Shown piece after piece: positions 1-8,376 of a DNA stretch of 18,073 nt; position 1 is the stretch's first letter, and every line of letters starts with the position of its first letter. Below the pieces are notes generated by a model, which saw only the letters and a list, made by a program, of their open reading frames with translations, ran no database searches and was not told the DNA's origin. A program made the translations under genes and the position numbers. This DNA is from a virus (Duplodnaviria; Heunggongvirae; Uroviricota; Caudoviricetes): the IMG/VR virus record IMGVR_UViG_2526164650_000010; one strand, written 5' to 3'.

Positions 1-436
1 ATGAAGCGTGAAGAAATCGCTGATCTGATGGCGTTTGTCGTCGTTGCAGAGGAGCGTAGCTTCACTCGCGCAGCAGCCCGCCTGAGCATGGTGCAGTCAG
101 CTTTAAGCCAGATAGTGCGCCGTATAGAAGAACGATTGGGATTGCGGCTTCTGACGCGAACCACGCGCAGCGTTGTACCCACTGAAGCGGGCGAGCATCT
201 TTTGTCTGTTCTTGGCCCTATATTGCATGACATAGATTCTGCCCTGACATCCCTGAGCGATCTGCAGAACCGCCCATCCGGGACAATACGTATTACTACT
301 GTAGAACATGCAGCAAAAACGATATTGTTACCAGCCATGCGCACATTCCTGAAATCGCATCCTGAAATTGATATTCAGCTTACCATTGATTATGGTTTGA
401 CCGATGTCGTTTCTGAACGTTTTGATGCAGGCGTCC
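1..436 (+). pseudogene. LysR-family transcriptional regulator, N-terminal (HTH plus start of effector domain) fragment, truncated by IS600
   Basis: Translation begins with a LysR-type HTH (FTRAAARLSMVQSALSQIVRRIEERLG...); the reading frame runs into the IS600 terminal repeat at 437, so the 160-aa ORF 1..483 is a gene-IS fusion, not an intact protein. Confidence 0.8.
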
Positions 437-1698
437 TGAGGTGTACTGGCAATAGCGGATACTACCATTTGTTCTTTTTTTAAGCAGCCATCTGATGATA
501 TTTTTCCCTGAAGGCTGCCGGGGAGATATTCCCCAGACGAGAGTGACGACGCTGACGATTGTAGAAAATCTCAATGTATTCCCGTATTACTGAGATGGCT
601 TCATCCCGGTTATTAAAACGATAGTGGCTCAGGCTCTCATTTTTCAGCGTTCCCCAGAAGCTTTCCATCGGAGCGTTGTCGTAACAGTTACCTTTACGCG
701 ACATTGATGTTTTCAGACCAGACTGCTCCTGTATGACCCGGTAATCGTATGCGCAGTACTGTGAACCTCGATCAGAGTGGTGGATTAGCCCGGCAGGTGG
801 GCGCTGGCTCCTGAGCGCCATAAACAGGGCTTTACCTGTCAGCTCTTTTGTCATGCGCTCTCCCATGGCGTAGCCGACAATTTCGCACGTATAAACATCT
901 TTGATGCCAGCGAGGTACAACCATCCCTCCTGTGTGGCAACATACGTCAGGTCCGCCACCCAGACCTGATTTGGTGCTGTAGGAGCGAACGTCTGGTTCA
1001 GCAGATTTGGCGCAACTGGCAGATTGTGGTTCGGGTTCGTAGTCGCTCTGAACTTGCGTTTCTGCTTACAGCGTAGCCTCAGCTCCTTACGAAGACGTGC
1101 CAGTCGGTCACGACCAACGATGATGCCATTCTCTGCCAGCTCCGTCTGGAGCCGCCGGGTTCCATATGTTTCGCGAGTGCGGATATGTGCCACCTTAATC
1201 TCCAGTTTTAGCCGCTCATCACTTTGTTTTCTGTCTGAGGGTTCATGCTGTACCCAGTTGTAATAACCGCTCCTGGATACACCAAATACCTGACACATCG
1301 CTTCAATGGGAAATTGTTGTCGCCATTGTTCGATTAACGCGTATTTTTCAGCGACTCCTGTGCAAAATACGCTGTTGCTTTTTTTAATATATCGCTCAAG
1401 GCGAGCTTCATTTAACGCCTTACGCAGTTGCAGAATTTCAGATTCCAGTTCAGCCAGCGTGCGGGAACCAGGAGTACCGAGCCCTTTTCTGGCGGCGGTA
1501 ACCCATTGTCCTAAAGTGCCTTCAGGAAGGGATAATCGGGAAGCGCCTTCACTGATTGAAAGTTGATTTTCAAGAACCGTTCTGACAGCTTCGGCTTTGA
1601 ACTCTTTAGAGTAACGTTGGGTTTTTCTGCTCATTATTAGCTCCTTCTGATGCCATTCTATTTCAGGAAGGAGTGTCCGTTAAACTCAGGCTACCTCA
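437..1698 (-). mobile_element. IS600 (IS3 family) copy A, 1262 bp, ends TGAGGT...ACCTCA
   Basis: Near-identical to the second copy at 11228..12491 over its whole length; terminal inverted repeats TGAGGTAGCC.../...CCAGTACACCTCA; flanking triplets differ (no target-site duplication). Confidence 0.85.
480..1634 (-). CDS. IS600 transposase, orfA-orfB fused in frame (384 aa)
   Basis: Single ORF whose N-terminus matches the 100-aa orfA and C-terminus the 272-aa orfB of copy B; a 2-bp deletion just upstream of the A7G slippery run (compare 1386..1400 with 11526..11542) places orfB in the orfA frame. Confidence 0.85.
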   Translation of the reverse strand: MSRKTQRYSKEFKAEAVRTVLENQLSISEGASRLSLPEGTLGQWVTAARKGLGTPGSRTLAELESEILQLRKALNEARLERYIKKSNSVFCTGVAEKYALIEQWRQQFPIEAMCQVFGVSRSGYYNWVQHEPSDRKQSDERLKLEIKVAHIRTRETYGTRRLQTELAENGIIVGRDRLARLRKELRLRCKQKRKFRATTNPNHNLPVAPNLLNQTFAPTAPNQVWVADLTYVATQEGWLYLAGIKDVYTCEIVGYAMGERMTKELTGKALFMALRSQRPPAGLIHHSDRGSQYCAYDYRVIQEQSGLKTSMSRKGNCYDNAPMESFWGTLKNESLSHYRFNNRDEAISVIREYIEIFYNRQRRHSRLGNISPAAFREKYHQMAA

Positions 1699-1737
1699 CT
1701 TATTCTAAGCAACCGGGTAGCATCATACGGGGCAATT

Positions 1738-2150
1738 ATGGCCGCATTACCATACATGCAACTGTACATAGCTGATTACCTGGCTGACACCATGCATTTG
1801 TCAGCAGAGGAGCACGGCGCGTATTTGTTGCTGATGTTCAATTACTGGCAAACAGGAAAGCCAATACCCAAAAACAGGTTGGCAAAAATTGCCCGTCTGA
1901 CTAACGAGCGATGGGTTGATGTTGAACCATCCTTGCGGGAGTTTTTTTGTGATAACGGCGACGAATGGATGCATCTTCGGATTGAGGAAGATCTGGCATC
2001 TGTCAGAGAAAAATTAACCAAAAAATCAGCCGCAGGAAAAGCATCTGTTCAGGCCAGAAGAAGCAGAAAGGAAGCAGATGTTCAAACAAAACAAGAGAGA
2101 AATTTAACAGGTGTTCAAACAGATGTTGGAGTGGTGTTCGAACATGATGC
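1738..2150 (+). pseudogene. Phage replication protein (YdaU-like), 5' portion, interrupted by IS2
   Basis: ORF starting MAALPYMQLYIADYLADTMHLSAEEHGAYLLL...; the frame continues into IS2 at 2151 (track ORF 1738..2328 is a gene-IS fusion) and resumes in frame at 3487. Confidence 0.6.
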
Positions 2151-2161
2151 TGGATTTGCCC

Positions 2162-3067
2162 TTATATTTCCAGACATCTGTTATCACTTAACCCATTACA
2201 AGCCCGCTGCCGCAGATATTCCCGTGGCGAGCGATAACCCAGCGCACTATGCGGATGCCATTCGTTATAATGCTCGAACGCCTCTGCAAGGTTCTTTGCT
2301 GCCGTTAACCCGTCTGGTTTGGGCATGATACTGATGTAGTCACGCTTTATCGTTTTCACGAAGCTCTCTGCTATTCCGTTACTCTCCGGACTCCGCACCG
2401 CCGTGTTCTTCGGTTCAAGTCCCAACATCCGGGCGAACTGGCGTGTTTCATTAGCCCGGTAGCATGAACCATTATCCGTCAGCCACTCCACTGGAGACGA
2501 CGGAAGATCGTTGCCGAAGCGGCGTTCCACCGCTCCCAGCATGACGTCCTGTACTGTTTCACTGTTGAAGCCGCCGGTAGTCCCCGCCCAGTGCAGTGCC
2601 TCACGATCACAGCAGTCCAGCGCGAACGTGACACGCAGTCTCTCTCCGTTATCACAGCAGAACTCGAACCCGTCAGAGCACCATCGCTGATTGCTTTCTT
2701 TCACGGCCACTCTGCCTGTATGTGCCCGTTTCGATGGCGGTACAGCAGGTTTTCGCTCAAGCAACAGCGCATTCTGGCGCATGAGCCGGTAAACACGTTT
2801 GGCATTGATCGCAGGCATACCATCAAGTTCTGCCTGTCTGCGAAGCAGCGCCCATACCCGACGATAACCATACGTGGGCAGCTCTCCGATAACATGGTGT
2901 ATACGGAGAAGCACATCCGTATCATCAGTGTGACGACTGCGGCGGCCATCCATCCAGTCATCGGTTCGTCTGAGAATGACGTGCAACTGCGCACGCGACA
3001 CCCGGAGACAACGGCTGACTAAGCTTACTCCCCATCCCCGGGCAATAAGGGCGCGTGCGCTATCCAC
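2162..3067 (-). CDS. insD: IS2 transposase OrfB (InsD), 301 aa
   Basis: 301-aa ORF with DDE-type integrase core; overlaps upstream orfA as in IS3-family -1 frameshift arrangement. Confidence 0.9.
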
Positions 3068-3387
3068 TTTTTTGCCCGTCCATATTCAACGGCTTCTTTG
3101 AGGAGTTCATTTTCCATCGTTTTCTTGCCGAGCAGGCGCTGGAGTTCTTTAATCTGCTTCATGGCGGCAGCAAGTTCAGAGGCAGGAACAACCTGTTCTC
3201 CGGCGGCCACAGCAGTAAGACTTCCTTCCTGGTATTGCTTACGCCAGAGAAATAACTGGCTGGCTGCTACACCATGTTGCCGGGCAACGAGGGAGACCGT
3301 CATCCCCGGTTCAAAGCTCTGCTGAACAATTGCGATCTTTTCCTGTGTGGTACGCCGTCTGCGTTTCTCCGGCCCTAAGACATCAAT
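3025..3387 (-). CDS. insC: IS2 OrfA (InsC) HTH protein, about 121 aa
   Basis: Translation ...[43 protein letters not shown]...; the codon at the expected initiator position reads ATT here, and the open frame extends upstream to a GTG at 3435. Confidence 0.75.
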
Positions 3388-3486
3388 AATCTGTTCTCCA
3401 ATGACAAGTCTAAAAACTGGTATTAAGACTATCACTTAAATAAGTGATACTGGTTGTCTGGAGATTCAGGGGGCCAGTCTAGATGC

Positions 3487-4222
3487 CAACACAAAGGCAA
3501 CTAATAAAGATACAGATAAAGATCTAAAAACAGATCTAACCCATCCCAAACCCTTCCCTTCCGGAAGGGAGTTTCGGGATTTTGTGGCTGGAGTGCTTGA
3601 GGGGAGATTATCTGGCGGTACTGCAGCGGAATTTTGTAATTCTGCGGTGGTTGCGTTGCAGGCTGCTGGCCTGGATGTCTGTCGTGAGTATCCGGTGCCA
3701 GAGCGTGGTGACGGTTGCGGAGGGCGGATTGATATCGTCGTGACTGACAGGAACGGTGTCCGGTGTGGGATCGAGCTTGACCGAAATTCTCCGCGACAGA
3801 AATCACTGCTCAAAATCGGTGCTGTTGAAACCGGGATATGTGTCTTGCGGCGCAGTGATATCGCAAGGCACACCGAGCAGGGAATTCTGGTTATCGGTGG
3901 GGCTGTTCGCCAGAAAAAATTTGACCCGTTGTCAGTTGATCTGCCCGACTGGTTGTCAGAAACACTCTGGCATGAGTGGGTCCAGTTCAGGCAGGCATTG
4001 CGAAAACCGATTCGAACGGAGCTGGGCGCTAACGGGGCGATACGGGAACTGGAAAAATTCCGTCAGCAGGGTTTTACACCTGAGCAGGTGATTCGACACA
4101 GCATCGCCAATGAATACCAGGGTCTGTTCGCGCCGAAAGGTGTTCGGCCTGAGACGTTGCTCCGACAGGTTAACACCGTCTCGTTGCCGGACAGTGCGAT
4201 CCCGCCAGGCTTCAGGGGGTAA
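3487..4222 (+). pseudogene. Phage replication protein (YdaU-like), 3' portion
   Basis: Open in the same frame as 1738..2150 once IS2 and one TSD copy are removed (no stop between 3488 and 4222); joined length about 383 aa. Confidence 0.6.
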
Positions 4223-4228
4223 CAGACC

Positions 4229-4975
4229 ATGAAAAATATTGCGACAGGAGGCGTTCTGGAGCGTATCCGCAGACTGACCCCACCACATGTAACCGCCCCA
4301 TTCAGAACGGTTGCGGAGTGGCGCGAGTGGCAACTTGCTGAAGGCCAGAAACGTTGCGAGGAGATCAACCGCCTGAATCGTCAGTTGCGGGTGGAAAAAA
4401 TCCTGAACCGCTCCGGCATCCAGCCGTTGCACCGGAAGTGTTCGCTTGCGAATTACCGGGCGCAGAACGACGGTCAGCGACATGCACTGAGTCAGGCGAA
4501 ATCCATAGCTGACGAACTGATGACAGGCTGTACGAATTTTGTGTTCAGCGGTAAGCCCGGCACCGGAAAAAATCATCTTGCAGCCGCGATTGGCAACCGG
4601 CTGATGGCGAAGGGGCGTAGCGTGATTATCGTCACCGTGTCCGATGTCATGAGCGTGTTGCATGAGAGCTACGACAACGGCAAATCCGGTGAAAAATTTT
4701 TACAGGAGCTTTGTGGTGTTGACCTGCTGGTCCTGGATGAAATTGGCATGCAGCGGGATACGAAAAACGAGCAGGTGGTACTGAACCAGATTGTTGATCG
4801 CCGGACGGCATCGTTACGCGGTGTGGGGATGCTGACAAATATTAACCATGCAGCGATGAATACACTTCTCGGCGAGCGGGTGATGGATCGCATGGTCATG
4901 AACGGCGGGCGCTGGGTGAATTTTAACTGGGAGAGCTGGCGTCCGAATGTTAGCCATTCGAGGGTTGTTAAGTAG
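4229..4975 (+). CDS. DnaC-like replicative helicase loader (AAA+ ATPase, YdaV-like)
   Basis: 248 aa; Walker A GKPGTGKNHLAAAIG and Walker B LLVLDEIG motifs; RBS upstream; sits directly after the YdaU-like gene as in lambdoid O/P-type modules. Confidence 0.8.
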   Translation: MKNIATGGVLERIRRLTPPHVTAPFRTVAEWREWQLAEGQKRCEEINRLNRQLRVEKILNRSGIQPLHRKCSLANYRAQNDGQRHALSQAKSIADELMTGCTNFVFSGKPGTGKNHLAAAIGNRLMAKGRSVIIVTVSDVMSVLHESYDNGKSGEKFLQELCGVDLLVLDEIGMQRDTKNEQVVLNQIVDRRTASLRGVGMLTNINHAAMNTLLGERVMDRMVMNGGRWVNFNWESWRPNVSHSRVVK

Positions 4976-4989
4976 TTTCAGGAGGATTT

Positions 4990-5412
4990 ATGGCGAAACC
5001 TTTTACTCCCGAACAGCGGGAAGAACTGAAGACGCGAATTGTGGAACTCGTGCATCAGGACGGTCGGGTCACGATTCGGCAGTTGTCCGATGAAACAGGT
5101 ATCAGTCGTGCGTCTGTCGGTCGCTTATGCATAGAACTGGTCGCAAGTGGTGATGTATATAATTCTGGCTACGGCTTATTCCCGTCTGAACAGGCTCGCA
5201 AGGACTGGCAAAGCGCCCGCAAAAAACTCTCGAGAGTAAAGGTGAGGAAACCGGTTGTTGTTGATCCGGACCTTATCTGGTCATTACCTGACGGAGAAAT
5301 ACGCCGCTACGACAGGCGCCTGAATATAATCTGTCGCGAGTGCCGGAAGAGCGAAGCTATGCAGCGTGTACTGGCTTTCTATCAGGGTAATTTTCAGGAG
5401 GCGATACTGTGA
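4990..5412 (+). CDS. Hypothetical phage protein (YdaW-like)
   Basis: 140-aa ORF with strong AGGAGG RBS 8 nt upstream of ATG; syntenic with the replication module. Confidence 0.5.
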   Translation: MAKPFTPEQREELKTRIVELVHQDGRVTIRQLSDETGISRASVGRLCIELVASGDVYNSGYGLFPSEQARKDWQSARKKLSRVKVRKPVVVDPDLIWSLPDGEIRRYDRRLNIICRECRKSEAMQRVLAFYQGNFQEAIL

Positions 5413-5826
5413 ATGAAATTAGCTATCAGGCTTCAATTACCGCTGGCATTCGCATCAAAGGAGAGGAGCATGGAAATAAAACCAGAAGATGAGTTAAGCA
5501 ATATCGTTTTATTTCCGATAAAAGAGGATGACCCTCGTAATCAGGTTAATTTTCTTTATAAGCCATCGGAAAGACCATATTGCCATCACGCCTCTGTACG
5601 GGTTGACGAAAAAGAGCGTCAGGTCCGCTGTAAAATCTGCGGTGCGGTTGTGGAGCCGTTTGACTGGATGCTCTCTGTGGCAAAAAGAGAAACCAGACTG
5701 GCAGATGATGTAAGGCTATTGCGCCAGGAGGAACAGGAAAGGCGGAGAAATATAGAAAAGCTGATACAGATTGAGCGTAACGCGAAAGCGCGGATACGCA
5801 GGGCGACAAAATCCAGAACTGAATAA
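5413..5826 (+). CDS. Hypothetical protein with CxxH...CxxC zinc-ribbon-like motif and basic coiled-coil C-terminus
   Basis: ORF abuts previous stop; alternative start at 5470 (MEIKPEDE) has a better-spaced AGGAG RBS; cysteine/histidine pairs CHHAS...CKICG. Confidence 0.5.
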   Translation: MKLAIRLQLPLAFASKERSMEIKPEDELSNIVLFPIKEDDPRNQVNFLYKPSERPYCHHASVRVDEKERQVRCKICGAVVEPFDWMLSVAKRETRLADDVRLLRQEEQERRRNIEKLIQIERNAKARIRRATKSRTE

Positions 5827-5918
5827 TTAAATTTAGCACTGTTAAAAATTTAATCCTTAACCGGAGGGATTTCTGCACCCTCAAATCATCAGGAGACCGC
5901 CCGAAAGGGCGGTAATGA

Positions 5919-6137
5919 ATGGTTACATTATTTAGAAAAAAATATCCGCGAAAGAGTAGAACAACAGAATTCCTGTTTCTCATTCTGTTTATCGTGTTGA
6001 TGACACCGATATCCCCGCAAATTTTTGTCTGGATAATCGGAAAAATAATTGAGCCAGTTATTGAATTGTATAACGACGTGGTATGGGCGTCATTCAACAC
6101 ACTGCACAATAAAATTAATCCGTATAAGGAAAGCTGA
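5919..6137 (+). CDS. Possible small membrane protein (72 aa)
   Basis: Hydrophobic stretch FLFLILFIVLMTPISPQIFVWIIG; weak RBS; could be non-coding spacer. Confidence 0.2.
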   Translation: MVTLFRKKYPRKSRTTEFLFLILFIVLMTPISPQIFVWIIGKIIEPVIELYNDVVWASFNTLHNKINPYKES

Positions 6138-6138
6138 T

Positions 6139-6504
6139 ATGGCACTGACGAAAAAACAACGTGCAGAACTGCGCATGAAGTTCGGTGGTCGCTGCGCTTA
6201 TTGCGGCTGCGAACTTGGCGAAAAGTGGCATGCAGACCATGTAAAACCGGTCATTCGTTTTGATGGAAATATGCTTCACCAGGAACGTGACGATATATCC
6301 AACATGGTACCAGAATGCCACCCATGCAATCTGCACAAGCATTGCAGTAGCCTGGAAGATTATCGACGAATTATCAGTGATGGTCGTCGTGAATTCCTTG
6401 CGTCCGGGAAAGGCAAAGCGCTGGTTCGTATGGGATTGGTTGAAATGAAATCTGACCCGGTTGTGTTCTGGTTTGAAAAATATCAAGAAGGGGCTACGGC
6501 ATGA
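6139..6504 (+). CDS. HNH endonuclease family protein
   Basis: Start MALTKKQRAELR with AAGGAAA RBS; paired Cys motifs CAYCGC...HADH...CHPCN...H typical of HNH zinc-finger nucleases. The track ORF 6049..6504 is an N-terminally over-extended version. Confidence 0.7.
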   Translation: MALTKKQRAELRMKFGGRCAYCGCELGEKWHADHVKPVIRFDGNMLHQERDDISNMVPECHPCNLHKHCSSLEDYRRIISDGRREFLASGKGKALVRMGLVEMKSDPVVFWFEKYQEGATA

Positions 6505-7166
6505 CTACTATTACCAAAGAGCGACTGCAATGGCTGGCTAACATTTCTGGCCGCGATGATATTGACGATATAGACGGCGGTGAAATTCGTGAACTGGCGC
6601 TTATCGCTCTGGCATCACTGGAAGCAGAGCCTGTAGCGGAATGCATTGTTGAAGATGGGGGCATGTGTATTGATGGGTTCGGTGAGTATGTGGGTCACTC
6701 GCTGCCTGATGGAATGCATGAGCTTTATGCTGCCCCGCGAATGCGACAACCTGATGGATGGAAAGCCGTAGCTGTAGCGTGGAAGGTGACGTTTACTCAA
6801 GTTGACCAGGAATCTAATACGTTCACTGCTATATATTTTTACAAAGCGGAAGTTGAGCGTTGGGTACGACTGCATAAAGCATGTGATTTTCGGGCAGATA
6901 TAACACCGCTTTACGCAGCGCCGGCAGTGCCGGTTGCAGTAAACGACGACATGGCTTACGCATTCCATCACGCACTGTCAGATTCATCGCTTGGCTCTGA
7001 TGAAATCGAAGAAATTAAAACCGGTTTGCGTGCTGCCTTTGCCAACGTCACTATCCAACCAGAGCCGATAGTGCCGGATGAAATCGGGCCAAACGATAGT
7101 AATACGTTTGATTATGTTGATGGCTGGAACGCCTGCCGCGCTGCCATGCTTAAGGGAGATAAATAA
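6501..7166 (+). CDS. Hypothetical phage protein (221 aa)
   Basis: ORF overlapping the neighbouring stop/start codons (operon-like packing); acidic N-terminus; no motif I can assign. Confidence 0.55.
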   Translation: MTTITKERLQWLANISGRDDIDDIDGGEIRELALIALASLEAEPVAECIVEDGGMCIDGFGEYVGHSLPDGMHELYAAPRMRQPDGWKAVAVAWKVTFTQVDQESNTFTAIYFYKAEVERWVRLHKACDFRADITPLYAAPAVPVAVNDDMAYAFHHALSDSSLGSDEIEEIKTGLRAAFANVTIQPEPIVPDEIGPNDSNTFDYVDGWNACRAAMLKGDK

Positions 7167-7531
7167 TGATTAATCGAACCAAACTGGAGCACATTCTCGA
7201 ATATGCCAGGCAGCAGAAATGTATTGGGCAACTTTGTAAAATTCCACCAGGAGATATGGTTGAAATCGTGGAAATGGCCATGCGTAAGGCTGGCAACTCT
7301 CCGGTAACTCTGGCTGGCTGGATAAGCTGTAGTGATGCAGTTCCTGCTGAATATTGCGATGTGATTCTTCTCGATGATCTCGGGAATGTATTCCCCGGTT
7401 CCTGGGATAAGGTTTTTTGCCCCACTCGTGGCGGGAATAAGATGGCTTTTGTGGACAAAGACGGCGTTGAAGTAGAGAGCTCAACTCACTGGATGCCGCT
7501 ACCGGAACCACCGCAGGAGGTGAATCAATGA
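7166..7531 (+). CDS. Hypothetical phage protein, DUF551-like C-terminus (HWMPLPEPP)
   Basis: 121-aa ORF; the C-terminal W-x-PLP-x-PP motif is recalled from prophage DUF551 proteins; stop overlaps next start (ATGA). Confidence 0.55.
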   Translation: MINRTKLEHILEYARQQKCIGQLCKIPPGDMVEIVEMAMRKAGNSPVTLAGWISCSDAVPAEYCDVILLDDLGNVFPGSWDKVFCPTRGGNKMAFVDKDGVEVESSTHWMPLPEPPQEVNQ

Positions 7532-7611
7532 CCTGGCCTGAGGCATTCACCACGGTAGGAATTGCGATGGCGGTGGCGCTGGTGGTGTATTCGATTTGCC
7601 GTTGGGGTTAA
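7528..7611 (+). CDS. Small hydrophobic peptide (27 aa, single predicted TM helix)
   Basis: MTWPEAFTTVGIAMAVALVVYSICRWG; ATGA overlap with the upstream gene suggests translational coupling; immediately followed by a strong terminator. Confidence 0.4.
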   Translation: MTWPEAFTTVGIAMAVALVVYSICRWG

Positions 7612-7620
7612 CAAACAAAA

Positions 7621-7647
7621 ACCCCGGATTGATGGTCCGGGGTTTTT
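7621..7647. terminator. Rho-independent terminator (8-bp GC-rich stem plus T-run), probably bidirectional
   Basis: ACCCCGGA-ttgatgg-TCCGGGGT followed by TTTTT; A-run on the 5' side gives a U-run on the opposite strand. Confidence 0.7.
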
Positions 7648-7869
7648 GAAGGAAACAAAACAGAAACAGCAATTGCCGTTACCTGTTGTTACCATGGCAA
7701 GTAAACGTATCTCAGGCGAGCGCATTGCGCCGTTCTGACGCAGATAAATTAGCCTGGATAGAAGGTGCTGGCAATAAAAAATAGCGTTTTCTTATCGGTA
7801 TCGGTAAGATTGCTGCGGGTGCTTGAGGCTGTCTGCCTCGGGCATGCCACTGTAAGGCAGACAGAGAAA

Positions 7870-7940
7870 AGCCCCAGTTAACATTACGCGTCCTGCAAGA
7901 CGCTTAACATTAATCTGAGGCCCAATCTATGTCTCACAAA
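7870..7940 (-). ncRNA. Candidate Sok-like antisense RNA overlapping the mok start
   Basis: Minus-strand TTGCCT-17nt-TAACCT (7972..7944) would start transcription near 7937, antisense to the mok initiation region; a minus-strand hairpin GCGTC-ttgcag-GACGC lies downstream. Weak promoter match; hypothesis only. Confidence 0.2.
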
Positions 7941-8141
7941 TGTAGGTTAGCCTCTTACGTGCCGAAAGGCAAGGAGAAGCAGGCTATGAAGCAGCAAAAG
8001 GCGATGTTAATCGCCCTGATCGTCATCTGTTTAACCGTCATAGTGACGGCACTGGTAACGAGGAAAGACCTCTGCGAGGTACGAATCCGAACCGGCCAGA
8101 CGGAGGTCGCTGTCTTCACAGCTTACGAACCTGAGGAGTAA
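7929..8141 (+). CDS. mok-like reading frame (in-frame N-terminal extension of hok, 70 aa)
   Basis: ATG at 7929 opens a frame that contains the whole Hok peptide, as in chromosomal mok/hok loci. Confidence 0.45.
   Translation: MSHKCRLASYVPKGKEKQAMKQQKAMLIALIVICLTVIVTALVTRKDLCEVRIRTGQTEVAVFTAYEPEE
7986..8141 (+). CDS. hokD: Hok/Gef-family membrane toxin, HokD (RelF)-like, 51 aa
   Basis: MKQQKAMLIALIVICLTVIVTALVTRKDLCEVRIRTGQTEVAVFTAYEPEE: hydrophobic TM segment followed by the conserved TRKxLCE motif of Hok proteins. Confidence 0.85.
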   Translation: MKQQKAMLIALIVICLTVIVTALVTRKDLCEVRIRTGQTEVAVFTAYEPEE

Positions 8142-8210
8142 GAGACCAGGCGGGGGAGAAATCCCTCGCCACCTCTCATGTGTCAGGCATCCTCAACGCA
8201 CCCGCACTAA

Positions 8211-8231
8211 ACCCGCTTCGGCGGGTTTTTT
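8211..8231 (+). terminator. Rho-independent terminator downstream of hok
   Basis: ACCCGC-ttcg-GCGGGT hairpin followed by TTTTTT. Confidence 0.7.
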
Positions 8232-8376
8232 GTTGCGTGCTGAATACGCAGGGTGAAAAATAACCATATATTTGATTATATACACAACAAAAATAAAAGT
8301 CATTGTACTTGCACATTAAACAATCAAATATACGGCGTGAAATAAATATTTATCAGATTAATATTTTTGTCTCTAT

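Larger units (their letters stand above)
2151..3481 (-). mobile_element. IS2 (IS3 family), 1331 bp, flanked by 5-bp target duplication GATGC
   Basis: Ends TAGACTGGCCCCCTGAATCTCCAGACAACC (revcomp at 3452..3481) and TGGATTTGCC at 2151; contains InsC and InsD ORFs; GATGC at 2146..2150 and 3482..3486. Confidence 0.9.

Noticed and set aside
1-483. 160-aa ORF 1..483 treated as an intact LysR protein
   Set aside because: The last ~16 codons are IS600 terminal sequence; the gene is truncated at 436.
437-1698. Initial identification of this element as IS150
   Set aside because: Element length (1262-1264 bp) and the 100-aa/272-aa ORF sizes fit IS600 rather than the longer IS150.
2591-3435. Several 60-140-aa ORFs on the plus strand inside IS2 and minus-strand ORFs 3466..3873
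   Set aside because: Antisense to or overlapping the IS2 transposase genes or the YdaU-like C-terminal part; no independent support.
3956-4663. 235-aa minus-strand ORF
   Set aside because: Lies antisense across the YdaU-like and DnaC-like genes, which have clear motifs and RBSs; likely a chance open frame.
5546-6145. 199-aa minus-strand ORF
   Set aside because: Antisense to the zinc-ribbon ORF and the intergenic region; low-complexity translation with no motif or RBS.
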